The notes under the pieces: generated by a model
Seen by the model: only the letters and a program-made list of their open reading frames with translations
What the model was told of the DNA's origin: nothing
Database searches by the model: none
Origin: a virus
Lineage: Duplodnaviria; Caudoviricetes
Length of the DNA: 64,000 bases
Strand: one strand, 5' to 3'
Virus record (IMG/VR): IMGVR_UViG_3300037418_002116
Program-made: the position numbers and the translations under genes
Shown: one piece after another, positions 1 through 8,620 of the stretch
Layout: the number at the start of each line of letters is the position of its first letter
Numbering within the stretch: position 1 is the first letter of the stretch

Positions 1-16
1 TTGTCAAGATATTTCC

Positions 17-244
17 TTAAATGTCCTGTCCAGCGTCAACCCAAGCCTGCATATCATACTTGGTCAGAAGCGAACACGGCACGAAAAATGTCGAATCGGT
101 CGAAATGTTCTTCATGCACTGACTGTTAGCGGCGATCTTCGGCGCATTTGCCGTGTGACCCACGTTAACATATGTGGCGGCGACGATTTCAGCAACAAGC
201 AGGGCGGCGACACAGGCAATTGCGGTCTTCACGAGCTTGTACAT
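17..244 (-). CDS. Hypothetical protein with N-terminal hydrophobic/signal segment
   Basis: ORF track; hydrophobic N-terminus AIACVAALLVAEIVAA. Confidence 0.65.
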   Translation of the reverse strand: MYKLVKTAIACVAALLVAEIVAATYVNVGHTANAPKIAANSQCMKNISTDSTFFVPCSLLTKYDMQAWVDAGQDI

Positions 245-303
245 TTGATTTCTTTCTCAAAACAATCAGTGTACGGGCAAACTATCGCACCATAGATTGA
301 ATG

Positions 304-678
304 TCAAGAGGGAGAATTCGATTCCTCAATGTAGTCTTCACAGAAAACAGCGGTTTCCATGAGATGTGGCCACAATACTTCGACTAACTCTTTGATTTCC
401 ATGTAATTATAATCGTATGGAAGAAATGCCACCGCCCAAAAATTATCATCCATATAGATGCCGATTCCACCTTCCGGTAAAGAGTCGAGCGTTCCCGGCA
501 CACCGATGACCTTGGTAAAATCCCTCGGAGGAATTCCATCCAAAGGATTAAACCAAAAGTCACCATGATGCATAGAGGTTACAACGAACGTTTCGCCGGT
601 ATCCAACGGATATTCGTGTCGCTCTTCCTTGAAATTTTTCAGGTATTCAGAGAGCGGCGGCACGTTGTTCATTGGCAC
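304..678 (-). CDS. Hypothetical protein
   Basis: ORF in tightly packed minus-strand array. Confidence 0.65.
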   Translation of the reverse strand: MPMNNVPPLSEYLKNFKEERHEYPLDTGETFVVTSMHHGDFWFNPLDGIPPRDFTKVIGVPGTLDSLPEGGIGIYMDDNFWAVAFLPYDYNYMEIKELVEVLWPHLMETAVFCEDYIEESNSPS

Positions 679-1276
679 CCTTCGAATCGTTGTGATGTGT
701 CACAACCACCGGGATTTGTGAAAGTTTTTGATGAACTTCCTCCCATGAGATTGGCACCGGGCCGATGGCATCAACGCCAACATCCATTGCCCGCACTGGC
801 GTATCGCCATACACGGGTTCACCGTGCACGTGTCCGAACAGATGGTAAGTTCCATGGTGTGCGGCGTCCCACCGGCCAGCAACGAACGGATGATGGTTGA
901 TGTGGACCTTCTGCTTTGCGCCAACCCCTACATCCATCGTGAAGACATCACCAAAGGCGATCTTCTTCCATGGCAGCTTGCGCACGGGAGTGTGGTCGTG
1001 ATTGCCTCGATACAGGATTTTGTTCTTGCAATTGATGGAGTTGAAGAAATAGGCCAACTCTGCATCAGTCGATTTGAAAGCAAAATCGCCAAGGAAATGC
1101 AGTTCATCATTCTCACGGACCACCGAATTGATGGACTCGATCAGATGTTCATTCATTTCCTTGCGTGTAGCGTAGGGGCGAGTTGCCGGACAGAATTTCA
1201 TAATGCCCGACTTGGGTTCAGATGCCAGTTCATTTCCGTGATTGAAATGCCAATCCGAATGAAAAAACTTAGTCAA
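647..1276 (-). CDS. Calcineurin-like metallophosphoesterase
   Basis: Motifs SDWHFNH, LGDF, GNHD, HHP, GHVHG. Confidence 0.85.
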   Translation of the reverse strand: MTKFFHSDWHFNHGNELASEPKSGIMKFCPATRPYATRKEMNEHLIESINSVVRENDELHFLGDFAFKSTDAELAYFFNSINCKNKILYRGNHDHTPVRKLPWKKIAFGDVFTMDVGVGAKQKVHINHHPFVAGRWDAAHHGTYHLFGHVHGEPVYGDTPVRAMDVGVDAIGPVPISWEEVHQKLSQIPVVVTHHNDSKGANEQRAAAL

Positions 1277-1832
1277 CGTCTTTAGTCTCTTTCTTTTCGT
1301 TTCTTTCCTTGATTTGATGCATCACATATACGAAATCATCGTAAGTGTCAAGGTAAGTGTCAAGGTAAAAATCGAAGTTTTCTTCTGAACTTAGAAGGTC
1401 TGGTTCCTCCATAGATTCGGCCATAGATTCAAGTACAGACCTTGGAATGGTTTTACCCGGTCTGGAATCGAGTCGCTGCTTCCATAGATTCCAATTTGTC
1501 GGCGTCGGAAGCGTCCAAACCATTTTTGTGTAGTCATCCGGTATCTTGGAAAGCTTCCTCTGGCGTGACTTGACCGTGAGATTGGTTTGATCCCAAATGA
1601 TATTTCGGCCTTCCTTGATCGCTTCGGCTAGGCGCTCTTGAAGGTTCTGTTCAGCCGCCTTGATCGTGCCTTTGAATACGGCATCATAGGTTGACTCCCA
1701 CATCTTTGCGACCGCTTCAATGTAATTGTCGGTCGAGAGAACAACAAACTCATTGTTCTGATTGATTTTTTTGATAATTGTTGACTTTCCCGATGCAGGA
1801 ACACCAACCATCATTATGAAAATTTTACTCAT
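1269..1832 (-). CDS. P-loop kinase, polynucleotide 5'-kinase-like (AAA_33)
   Basis: GVPASGKST Walker A, LSTD, IIWDQTN, R-x3-R lid (QRLDSR). Confidence 0.85.
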   Translation of the reverse strand: MSKIFIMMVGVPASGKSTIIKKINQNNEFVVLSTDNYIEAVAKMWESTYDAVFKGTIKAAEQNLQERLAEAIKEGRNIIWDQTNLTVKSRQRKLSKIPDDYTKMVWTLPTPTNWNLWKQRLDSRPGKTIPRSVLESMAESMEEPDLLSSEENFDFYLDTYLDTYDDFVYVMHQIKERNEKKETKDVD

Positions 1833-1988
1833 GTGGTTTCTTTACTAAGTCGCACTCATGGTTTCTGGACAAATGTCGAAGAACCAAATCGAAAGTACTG
1901 TGTTTTAGCAGTCCACTTTGTGTAGACGTACTTAGTTCCTATTGATGTAGTGACCACGATCTTCCTATTCAAGAACGGCATCTCTATT

Positions 1989-2336
1989 TCAGCCATCGGT
2001 TAGCTTCTTTCGTGGTTTTCTAGACTTTTTACCTTCCACAACGCCAACCTTGCCCAAAAGAGATTGATCCTTTTCAAGGAATGCAGTCATAGCAATGTTG
2101 CCATCCGCCTGCCGATGAAACATCATCTGGACTAACTTATTATCCAACTCTGCCGGAATATGTTCTGACTCAATTTTGAACAAAGAAATTTCCGAAAAAT
2201 TATCAAACTGTACAAGACGCCAGATAAATTTTATGTCTGGAATTTCGTCATGAATCTGCTTGGCAGCTTCGACAGTCGCTCGGACATACACACTTGTCAT
2301 ATCAGCAACGCTCCACTGTTCCGCCAATGTACTCAA
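1989..2336 (-). CDS. Hypothetical protein
   Basis: ORF in minus-strand array. Confidence 0.6.
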   Translation of the reverse strand: MSTLAEQWSVADMTSVYVRATVEAAKQIHDEIPDIKFIWRLVQFDNFSEISLFKIESEHIPAELDNKLVQMMFHRQADGNIAMTAFLEKDQSLLGKVGVVEGKKSRKPRKKLTDG

Positions 2337-2562
2337 TCAGAAGCATAAGGAATTGGTCAGGATTCATATCTATCGATTGCCCACATTCGGACCATGCGTC
2401 TATTGAATAGTCGTCAAATTCTTCCATATGAGCATTTCTCGGATAGATCACGAAACAATCGTTATCCAAAACCACATGGAAGTCTGGATTTTCTTCAATA
2501 TATTCAAGCAGTTCGTTCGGATCGTTGTTTATTTGTCGATAATCGAGATAATTAAGCGTCAT
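2302..2562 (-). CDS. Hypothetical acidic protein
   Basis: ORF overlapping the stop of the upstream gene. Confidence 0.6.
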   Translation of the reverse strand: MTLNYLDYRQINNDPNELLEYIEENPDFHVVLDNDCFVIYPRNAHMEEFDDYSIDAWSECGQSIDMNPDQFLMLLIEYIGGTVERC

Positions 2563-3449
2563 TTTTTGTACTTTCTCAAAACAGCTTCCATATCGGCAAG
2601 CACGTTGTCAATGGACACATCCACTTTCACGGCATCGGTCAAAGAGCCGTAGTGCGATTCAAGGCACTGCAACAGAAGTTCTTTGATCTTGTCTTCATCC
2701 GGCCCGTGTGGAAGAGAGGAATTGGCATAGAGCGTTTCAAGACTCTTCTCTTTCTCTTCGAACCACGTCTCGATTTGCTCTAGCGTCCAGTCGCCACGGC
2801 GAATCGACTTATAGATTTCCCGATCACGCTCTAGGTTTAGATCGCCAGTCGCCAAAATTTGTTCGCATTGCAGGCACAGGCGCACGACGTGATAGGCGAA
2901 CTTGGTATCCATCCCAAATTTCTCGATATCAGCGGCCCGTCGATCATTGCTCGAATTCTGCTTGTTCTTGATCTTGGCCATCTGTGCAAAGGCATAGCCA
3001 CGCAACTTGAACATGGCACCCTTATGCAGGAACAGCCTGCGATTCGAACGCACAAGCTCACCAACCGCCGTCGTGTGGATAACACAACGTCTAGGTGTGA
3101 AGATGGAATCGATCATATTCGGGTTGTTTTCCATCAGAAGTTGAAAGTACTTCACAATGGAATAAACCGAAATATCGTATTCCTTGTTCGAACCGTCTTC
3201 CGGTCGAATATGGTGTTGCTGGTATTGTTCAAATCGCTGGATTTGCTTGCCGAACCCAAAAATTTCCCCAGAAAGGTGCGGGAACACGATGTTTTTGGGC
3301 GGAATTGCAAAACCATAAAGGTCCACATCGGATGCCCCCGAGGAACAACCGTATGCTTCTGAACCCATGATTGTGAGGAAATGAATGTTGTCCGCAAGCC
3401 AGTGCGGCGGCGAGATTACTCCCGCCTTCTGTAATTTTTGAATTATCAA
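2559..3449 (-). CDS. Pol-beta-superfamily nucleotidyltransferase (RlaP/Nuc-transf type)
   Basis: GSEAYGCSSGASDVDLYG signature, DISVY, C-terminal KFAYHVVRL helix. Confidence 0.8.
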   Translation of the reverse strand: MIIQKLQKAGVISPPHWLADNIHFLTIMGSEAYGCSSGASDVDLYGFAIPPKNIVFPHLSGEIFGFGKQIQRFEQYQQHHIRPEDGSNKEYDISVYSIVKYFQLLMENNPNMIDSIFTPRRCVIHTTAVGELVRSNRRLFLHKGAMFKLRGYAFAQMAKIKNKQNSSNDRRAADIEKFGMDTKFAYHVVRLCLQCEQILATGDLNLERDREIYKSIRRGDWTLEQIETWFEEKEKSLETLYANSSLPHGPDEDKIKELLLQCLESHYGSLTDAVKVDVSIDNVLADMEAVLRKYKK

Positions 3450-3488
3450 AGGGAATGTATGCTCTTACTAAAAAAATTATTTCAGAGC

Positions 3489-3517
3489 ATTATATACAAT
3501 TCAATGGAAATGTCAAG
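3489..3517 (-). promoter_or_regulatory. Host RpoD-type early promoter
   Basis: CTTGAC-N17-TATAAT on minus strand upstream of the NTase. Confidence 0.8.
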
Positions 3518-3856
3518 GGGCAGGAAGGCAGAATCGTACTTGCAATCCATTCGCCATTTGTTTCCATTCGCCACATTCAAGCCGTGGCGACGATGTGAAA
3601 TAAACAAAGCCGAATGTTGCCACGATGACCGTGACAGTCAATAAGAAAACTTTCAGATTGTCGCTCATTCTTCCCACTTAATTGAATTCCATTCTTCAAC
3701 ACGTGCCTTGATCCGGACAGTCATCTTGTACCATCCATGGATAGTGTTCCTATCCAATGCCCTTATTTCGGCCATAGAGCCGATTCTGGGGTACTTTCCC
3801 CAATAGGCGTGGATATGAACCGCACCTTGTGTTCAAAAAGGCGCTTAGAATGCTTT

Positions 3857-4270
3857 TTAGCACGATTCATGGTCGAATCTCCAAAACTCACGACCATTCT
3901 TCATTTCGGCAAGCAATTTTCGAACTTGGGCGGCATGAGCCTCAAACTCTTCATCCGAAAGCGGGCGAAAATATTGTTCCAACCGAACAATTTTGTAATC
4001 ATGCGGATATTTCTTAGCCCATTCCCATTCGGTCGATGCCTCCAATTCCTCTTTGGTGGCAAAGCGCTTGAATTCGATCGGATAGGTAGCCGAATATGAC
4101 CCATGAGGGTATTTGGAATCAGCGGAAAGCCAGCGAGGATAACCGCCTAACATTCCACCTTCGTCTTTTTGTTCGATAGTCCAGAATTCTTTCAAATTTT
4201 CTTTCCTGTCCCATTGCAGGAAGAGCATTTCGGGCTTCCTGTGGTGTCGTAACGTCCGGAACCGTTGCAA
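3857..4270 (-). CDS. Hypothetical protein (start uncertain)
   Basis: ORF in minus-strand array. Confidence 0.55.
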   Translation of the reverse strand: MQRFRTLRHHRKPEMLFLQWDRKENLKEFWTIEQKDEGGMLGGYPRWLSADSKYPHGSYSATYPIEFKRFATKEELEASTEWEWAKKYPHDYKIVRLEQYFRPLSDEEFEAHAAQVRKLLAEMKNGREFWRFDHESC

Positions 4271-4323
4271 GCCGTGCAGACCTTCGGCTTTTCCTTCTGA
4301 ACGATTGTGAAGCGCTTAGTCAT
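4192..4323 (-). CDS. Small DnaJ-type zinc-finger protein
   Basis: CTACNGSG...CSSCNGTG (two CxxCxGxG); start taken at MTKRFTIV. Confidence 0.55.
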   Translation of the reverse strand: MTKRFTIVQKEKPKVCTACNGSGRYDTTGSPKCSSCNGTGKKI

Positions 4324-4594
4324 CTTCGCAAAGCTCCGGAAATTGTGAAGGGATTTCTTCGCATATTGCGGTCTTGGCGGCTTCAAGATAATCGTCCCGT
4401 TCGTCGGGTTCAAAGGCACCGTCACCATTCGGATATGCGAAATAAATCTCATTGCCGAACGGACAATCGGCGGCGAAGCGGCCATGACGAAGGCGCAAAT
4501 AGCCAACCAACGTCTCTTTCCAGTACACATCGTACTGTTCCGGGCACATTTCGCATGTCAATTCGAGTTTCAGTTCTTCGGCAAGGGGTTTCAT
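4316..4594 (-). CDS. Hypothetical protein
   Basis: ORF with ATGA overlap. Confidence 0.65.
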   Translation of the reverse strand: MKPLAEELKLELTCEMCPEQYDVYWKETLVGYLRLRHGRFAADCPFGNEIYFAYPNGDGAFEPDERDDYLEAAKTAICEEIPSQFPELCEDD

Positions 4595-4974
4595 TGGAAA
4601 TCCTTATAGTTCACGATAATTCTTTCACTCCACTTTCCGGACTCCGGAACTATTGTGACATAACCACCGGTTCGATACGTTGTAGCAGTGCGACCATCAG
4701 CATTCTTGTAGGTGATATAGTGACTCGCTTTGCGCTTTTCAACGTCTGGATAGAAACCATCCTTGATCAGCCAATTATGGGCGATAACAAATGGATGATC
4801 CTGAACTGCCTCAACAAATTCCGGATTAAGCTTGCGAAAATAGCTGTACTTGCCGAAAAATTCAGAGTTGTCATAAACCTTCAAATAGGTTTCCAGACGA
4901 ACACCCTTCGGAACCATTCCTGTGACATGGCAGTAAGCCATGGCGAGTTTTTCGGCAGGCGTTAGCTTGATCAT
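4591..4974 (-). CDS. Hypothetical protein
   Basis: Start at MIKLTPAEK overlapping the upstream stop (ATGA). Confidence 0.65.
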   Translation of the reverse strand: MIKLTPAEKLAMAYCHVTGMVPKGVRLETYLKVYDNSEFFGKYSYFRKLNPEFVEAVQDHPFVIAHNWLIKDGFYPDVEKRKASHYITYKNADGRTATTYRTGGYVTIVPESGKWSERIIVNYKDFQ

Positions 4975-5234
4975 TTCCCCGAACACCTTGGGCAAAATGC
5001 CTTGGTCTTTTCCCGATTGAATTTCCAACCGTCTGCACGGGCCTGTCTGATGCATCCGCTTTCCGTTTGGCTGGCATACTGTGCCCAAGGCCCGCCTGTG
5101 TAATAGCGGGGTTTATTCGGGCAATTGGACCCATAATCACCGTCGCCAGTGTCACAGTACAGGTCCATTGTATAACAGCCAATGACTGGCATCAGTTGTG
5201 TCCCGTTTTTCCTGTTATTTCCAATGTATGCCAC
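4971..5234 (-). CDS. Hypothetical Cys-rich (zinc-binding) protein
   Basis: C-x-C spacing and terminal CPRC. Confidence 0.6.
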   Translation of the reverse strand: MAYIGNNRKNGTQLMPVIGCYTMDLYCDTGDGDYGSNCPNKPRYYTGGPWAQYASQTESGCIRQARADGWKFNREKTKAFCPRCSGK

Positions 5235-5509
5235 CCTGCCGTACCCGGCTTTCCCGCAATTTGCGTAGTGTATCCAAGCTCTGCCAACCGGGCGGCGAGT
5301 CTATCACGACGCTTTTCGCTGGAATAGATCGCTCCACACGAAATGGAGTGATCAGACCATTTACGAACCCAGAAATCGAAATCCAGTTCACCAATTTCCT
5401 TACGAAGGGCCTTGGCACTGGATTTGAACTTCATGGGAGAGGCAAAAGGGAACATTAATTGTGACCCGGCGTCGGTGCATACCACTGCATCATGACCAGC
5501 ACAATCCAC
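5192..5509 (-). CDS. Hypothetical protein (true start probably internal)
   Basis: ORF in minus-strand array. Confidence 0.5.
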   Translation of the reverse strand: MDCAGHDAVVCTDAGSQLMFPFASPMKFKSSAKALRKEIGELDFDFWVRKWSDHSISCGAIYSSEKRRDRLAARLAELGYTTQIAGKPGTAGWHTLEITGKTGHN

Positions 5510-5536
5510 AGGGCAGCGGCAAGAGCATACATCATA

Positions 5537-5938
5537 TCAGTACTCCAAAAATCCAGCGTTGTTGGCCATCACTTCGAAGTACGTCGGGATCATCGCCATG
5601 GTGGCAACACCATACTTCTTCAAAGCAGCGTGATAATCGTCCACATGAGCTTCCGGCTCACAATCGTTCATTCCGTGACGATCACACCAATCCATCCACT
5701 CGTAATAGTTCCGGTCGGCAAGGGTGTATTCTTCGTCATAGTATGCCGCCTTCTGCATTTCCCGCTCATAGCAGGCGTCAAGATAGGCGTCGAAATCTTC
5801 GGCAGTGTGGATGCCGGTCTTATTCCAAGCCTCGATATCAGTGTGGAAAATGCCAGCCCAACGATTGGAAGGGTCTTCATCGACCCAAGCCTGCGTTTCG
5901 GCGTTCAGGGCTTCGATGCGGGCAAGAAGATCAGACAT
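5537..5938 (-). CDS. Acidic hypothetical early protein
   Basis: GAGGAATTCGAATG RBS/start directly after a promoter cassette. Confidence 0.75.
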   Translation of the reverse strand: MSDLLARIEALNAETQAWVDEDPSNRWAGIFHTDIEAWNKTGIHTAEDFDAYLDACYEREMQKAAYYDEEYTLADRNYYEWMDWCDRHGMNDCEPEAHVDDYHAALKKYGVATMAMIPTYFEVMANNAGFLEY

Positions 5939-5968
5939 TCGAATTCCTCGGTTGTCTCTACATTCGTG

Positions 5969-5997
5969 AATATAGACAGAATGTAGAGAATGTCAAC
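5969..5997 (-). promoter_or_regulatory. Early promoter with -10 box inside an 11-bp inverted repeat
   Basis: GTTGAC-N17-TATATT; TCTCTACATTC...GAATGTAGAGA flanks the -10. Confidence 0.8.
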
Positions 5998-6007
5998 CGG
6001 GAAAATT

Positions 6008-6280
6008 TTACATTTCGATTTTTATGCCAATTTTCTTTGCCGCCGTGATTATATCATGCGACTTGGCGATTACCATTTTGAAAAAATTATTAAAAGATTC
6101 CGTGTCGGGCGGATCAAATCTTAAAGGATCATCCCCAAATTCTCCGCACCAGACTGCCACGGAAAATTTTTTTGCCAGTTCGTAGTCTTCTTTGGACAAA
6201 TCTTTTAGGTGTTCGACTCGTGTGATCAACCGAAACTCTCCCCGGCCTTCTGTGCCTCTTGCTGATAGTAGGAATGCCAC
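6008..6280 (-). CDS. Hypothetical protein
   Basis: ORF in minus-strand array. Confidence 0.6.
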   Translation of the reverse strand: MAFLLSARGTEGRGEFRLITRVEHLKDLSKEDYELAKKFSVAVWCGEFGDDPLRFDPPDTESFNNFFKMVIAKSHDIITAAKKIGIKIEM

Positions 6281-6424
6281 TGCTTGTGACAGTCATCCTC
6301 GGGATGGAATGGATTGGCCGACTCCGGAATGCCCATGCGAGCGGCCTTTTGGGCGTTCTCTCGAATTTGATGTTCCGGCGTCGGCTTCGAACCCGATTTC
6401 AAAATTTTCATTTTCATGCTTCCC

Positions 6425-6706
6425 TCACGAATTGTATGTGCCGACTTGATAGCTCTCGCCATCCTTTGACAAGTTGATGACGATTCCCGAATAGAACGAG
6501 TCGGAATGGTAGCCATCCCATGGAATTTCTTTTGGCGCAAGCATGAAATCGGACACATGATACCAGCGTCCTAGATAGCGAAAAAAACCATCGGACGAGT
6601 CGGCATCGTCCAGATGGTCAAAGTCTTTTCGAACCCTTTTCGGCACATCAGCGCCATAGACAAAATGTTTCCATTTGTTGTCGGTGCGGACGTGTACTTC
6701 GCTCAT
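6425..6706 (-). CDS. Hypothetical protein
   Basis: ORF with ATGA overlap. Confidence 0.7.
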   Translation of the reverse strand: MSEVHVRTDNKWKHFVYGADVPKRVRKDFDHLDDADSSDGFFRYLGRWYHVSDFMLAPKEIPWDGYHSDSFYSGIVINLSKDGESYQVGTYNS

Positions 6707-6999
6707 TTTTCGTCAAGTTCCTTCTTTATTTTCGTATGATACCTATCGATGCAGCCACGAATTTCTTCAACGGTTGTTCCGTGACTGTACGGGTAGGATG
6801 GATACGGAAAAAGGTCGGGTAAAATGTCGCCCAATTTGCCGAGCGCCATGCGAAAAGCATATATTGTCTGGCCTTTTTCGTCAAGTTCCTCGGAAAGCCG
6901 GTCCAATTCCTTGGCGGCTCTCCATTGCGTGTCGTTCTTGGACTCATAGAGGCGCTTGGTGAAGTCGGTATCATAATAGCCGGTCATTGTTTCTCTCAC
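6703..6999 (-). CDS. Hypothetical protein
   Basis: ORF in minus-strand array. Confidence 0.65.
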   Translation of the reverse strand: MRETMTGYYDTDFTKRLYESKNDTQWRAAKELDRLSEELDEKGQTIYAFRMALGKLGDILPDLFPYPSYPYSHGTTVEEIRGCIDRYHTKIKKELDEK

Positions 7000-7355
7000 G
7001 GTTTCAGAAGTTCGGCAAAGCGCTCATAGTAAATAGCGACTTCGGCATAGCCGGAAGAATGTCCTTCATCCCAAGCCAGTCGCCAGAGAACATCACGCTT
7101 CGGATGATCGGAAAGGCCGTTGTCTTCTTCCAGAACCTTCCTGAACTTATCCGTCATTTCCTGTTCCGCCGAACGACGGATTCGGCGCTCTTCTGCCGTG
7201 GCACCGGACTTGAACGGAACCGGATTTTCGAATTCCCCGGCCTGTATTCTTTCATACGTTGTTTTGTCGCTCATTCCGTTCAATTCCTTTTGCTGATTTT
7301 CACTGACAACAATTCCGCCGACAGTTCGCCACAATCCATCAGAACCACGTCTCAT
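6996..7355 (-). CDS. Hypothetical protein (start probably internal)
   Basis: ORF in minus-strand array. Confidence 0.6.
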   Translation of the reverse strand: MRRGSDGLWRTVGGIVVSENQQKELNGMSDKTTYERIQAGEFENPVPFKSGATAEERRIRRSAEQEMTDKFRKVLEEDNGLSDHPKRDVLWRLAWDEGHSSGYAEVAIYYERFAELLKP

Positions 7356-7358
7356 TTT

Positions 7359-7622
7359 TCACTGTCCCTCATATTTCGAGTTGCAACCACCACGCAACAA
7401 ACCGTCCTGCCATGAACGAACGGTATGTGGTGCTTTGTACGCATCATAGACGGCCATTACCGAATTCTGGTTGAAATATTCAGGAAACGGTTCGTCATAT
7501 TGACCATCCACCATGCGATCATGGTCAAAGAAAGTGACCACACCATCATCGTGAAGCGTTGCCGTAATGCGCTGGCCATTGGCCGTGTACTTGCGACCGG
7601 TATTGAAATGAATTGTTTTCAT
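7359..7622 (-). CDS. Hypothetical protein
   Basis: ORF in minus-strand array. Confidence 0.7.
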   Translation of the reverse strand: MKTIHFNTGRKYTANGQRITATLHDDGVVTFFDHDRMVDGQYDEPFPEYFNQNSVMAVYDAYKAPHTVRSWQDGLLRGGCNSKYEGQ

Positions 7623-7918
7623 TAGTTTTCCATATCCTTGGCGTACCGGACCTTGCCGTCATTATCGATGTAGAGCGGCGTATTGTGCGGATTGCCTTCC
7701 TTGACCCACTTGCGGGCGGCGGCAGAACCAAGCTTGACGACGTAAGGATAGACGATTTCGCCTTCCTCGTCGGTCGTTTCCTTGGCTTTCATTTCGTTGT
7801 ATTCCTTCACCGACATTTCGGTAACTGAATACCTGTAATCGCCCTTGTAATAGATCACGTACATTTCACGACTCCCTCTTCCAAATCTTGCAGACAATAT
7901 CGCCCGGCACTGCTTCAC
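7622..7918 (-). CDS. Hypothetical protein
   Basis: ORF in minus-strand array. Confidence 0.6.
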   Translation of the reverse strand: MKQCRAILSARFGRGSREMYVIYYKGDYRYSVTEMSVKEYNEMKAKETTDEEGEIVYPYVVKLGSAAARKWVKEGNPHNTPLYIDNDGKVRYAKDMEN

Positions 7919-8114
7919 TCACATCCACGCCAGAGTCGAACAAAGCCTGTACATCAACCTTGGTCATCTTTGTGGACGAAAATTCCCGGCCAAGCTGCAT
8001 ATTCCGCCAGTCATAGACTTCGTACAGATTGTCGCTAATCGGACGAATTTTCATCCACTTCCTAGGTGGATATGCCGGAAGCGGCGCAACCTTAAGGAAA
8101 TCATACTTTCCCAT
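7866..8114 (-). CDS. Hypothetical protein
   Basis: GAGAGGTG RBS then ATG. Confidence 0.65.
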   Translation of the reverse strand: MGKYDFLKVAPLPAYPPRKWMKIRPISDNLYEVYDWRNMQLGREFSSTKMTKVDVQALFDSGVDVSEAVPGDIVCKIWKRES

Positions 8115-8126
8115 TTCACACCTCTC

Positions 8127-8369
8127 TTAATCCTGCCGCATACCGGGAAAGTTCGGGTGGGCAGCAACCCAAGCCTGTGCTTCCTCTTTGGTGGCGAAGG
8201 GCTTGCGGCCAAGACCGACAGTGCCATCCGGATGTTCGATAGTGTAGCCTTCCGAAACCAGCGTCCAGCCGGCCTTTTCGGCTTCGTTACGCCACGGCAG
8301 CGAACCATAAATCGAAGCAGTTCGGCCAGTCGTGTGGCGATAAAAACGATTTTCGATAACAATTCCCAT
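8127..8369 (-). CDS. Hypothetical protein
   Basis: TAATG overlap with upstream small ORF. Confidence 0.7.
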   Translation of the reverse strand: MGIVIENRFYRHTTGRTASIYGSLPWRNEAEKAGWTLVSEGYTIEHPDGTVGLGRKPFATKEEAQAWVAAHPNFPGMRQD

Positions 8370-8536
8370 TAGCGAAAGCTCCTGTAATAGGCATCCTCTT
8401 CGGCATGAAGCTCCATGGCTTCCATGTCGGACCAGTAAGCGTCTTCCTCGGAAGTGATCACCTTTTCATCCTGATACGCCTGATAGGCGGCATCGAAGGC
8501 GAGGAAATCACGGTATTCCTGAGTCAGAGGGAACAT
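8369..8536 (-). CDS. 55-aa highly acidic early protein (below ORF-track cutoff)
   Basis: Hand translation MFPLTQEYRDFLAFDAAYQAYQDEKVITSEEDAYWSDMEAMELHAEEDAYYRSFR; GGAG RBS; first gene after promoter. Confidence 0.7.
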   Translation of the reverse strand: MFPLTQEYRDFLAFDAAYQAYQDEKVITSEEDAYWSDMEAMELHAEEDAYYRSFR

Positions 8537-8566
8537 GACACGCTCCTAAACCAATCTTCATCATTC

Positions 8567-8595
8567 ATATAATGAAAATATTGGAGCGTGTCAAG
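8567..8595 (-). promoter_or_regulatory. Early promoter
   Basis: CTTGAC-N17-TTATAT; near-identical to the promoter at 33988-34016. Confidence 0.8.
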
Positions 8596-8620
8596 GGAGA
8601 ATTTTGATTATTGCAATTTT

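Noticed and set aside
1343-1366. 12-bp direct duplication GTAAGTGTCAAG
   Set aside because: In-frame YLDT duplication in a protein tail; no sign of a regulatory or mobile role
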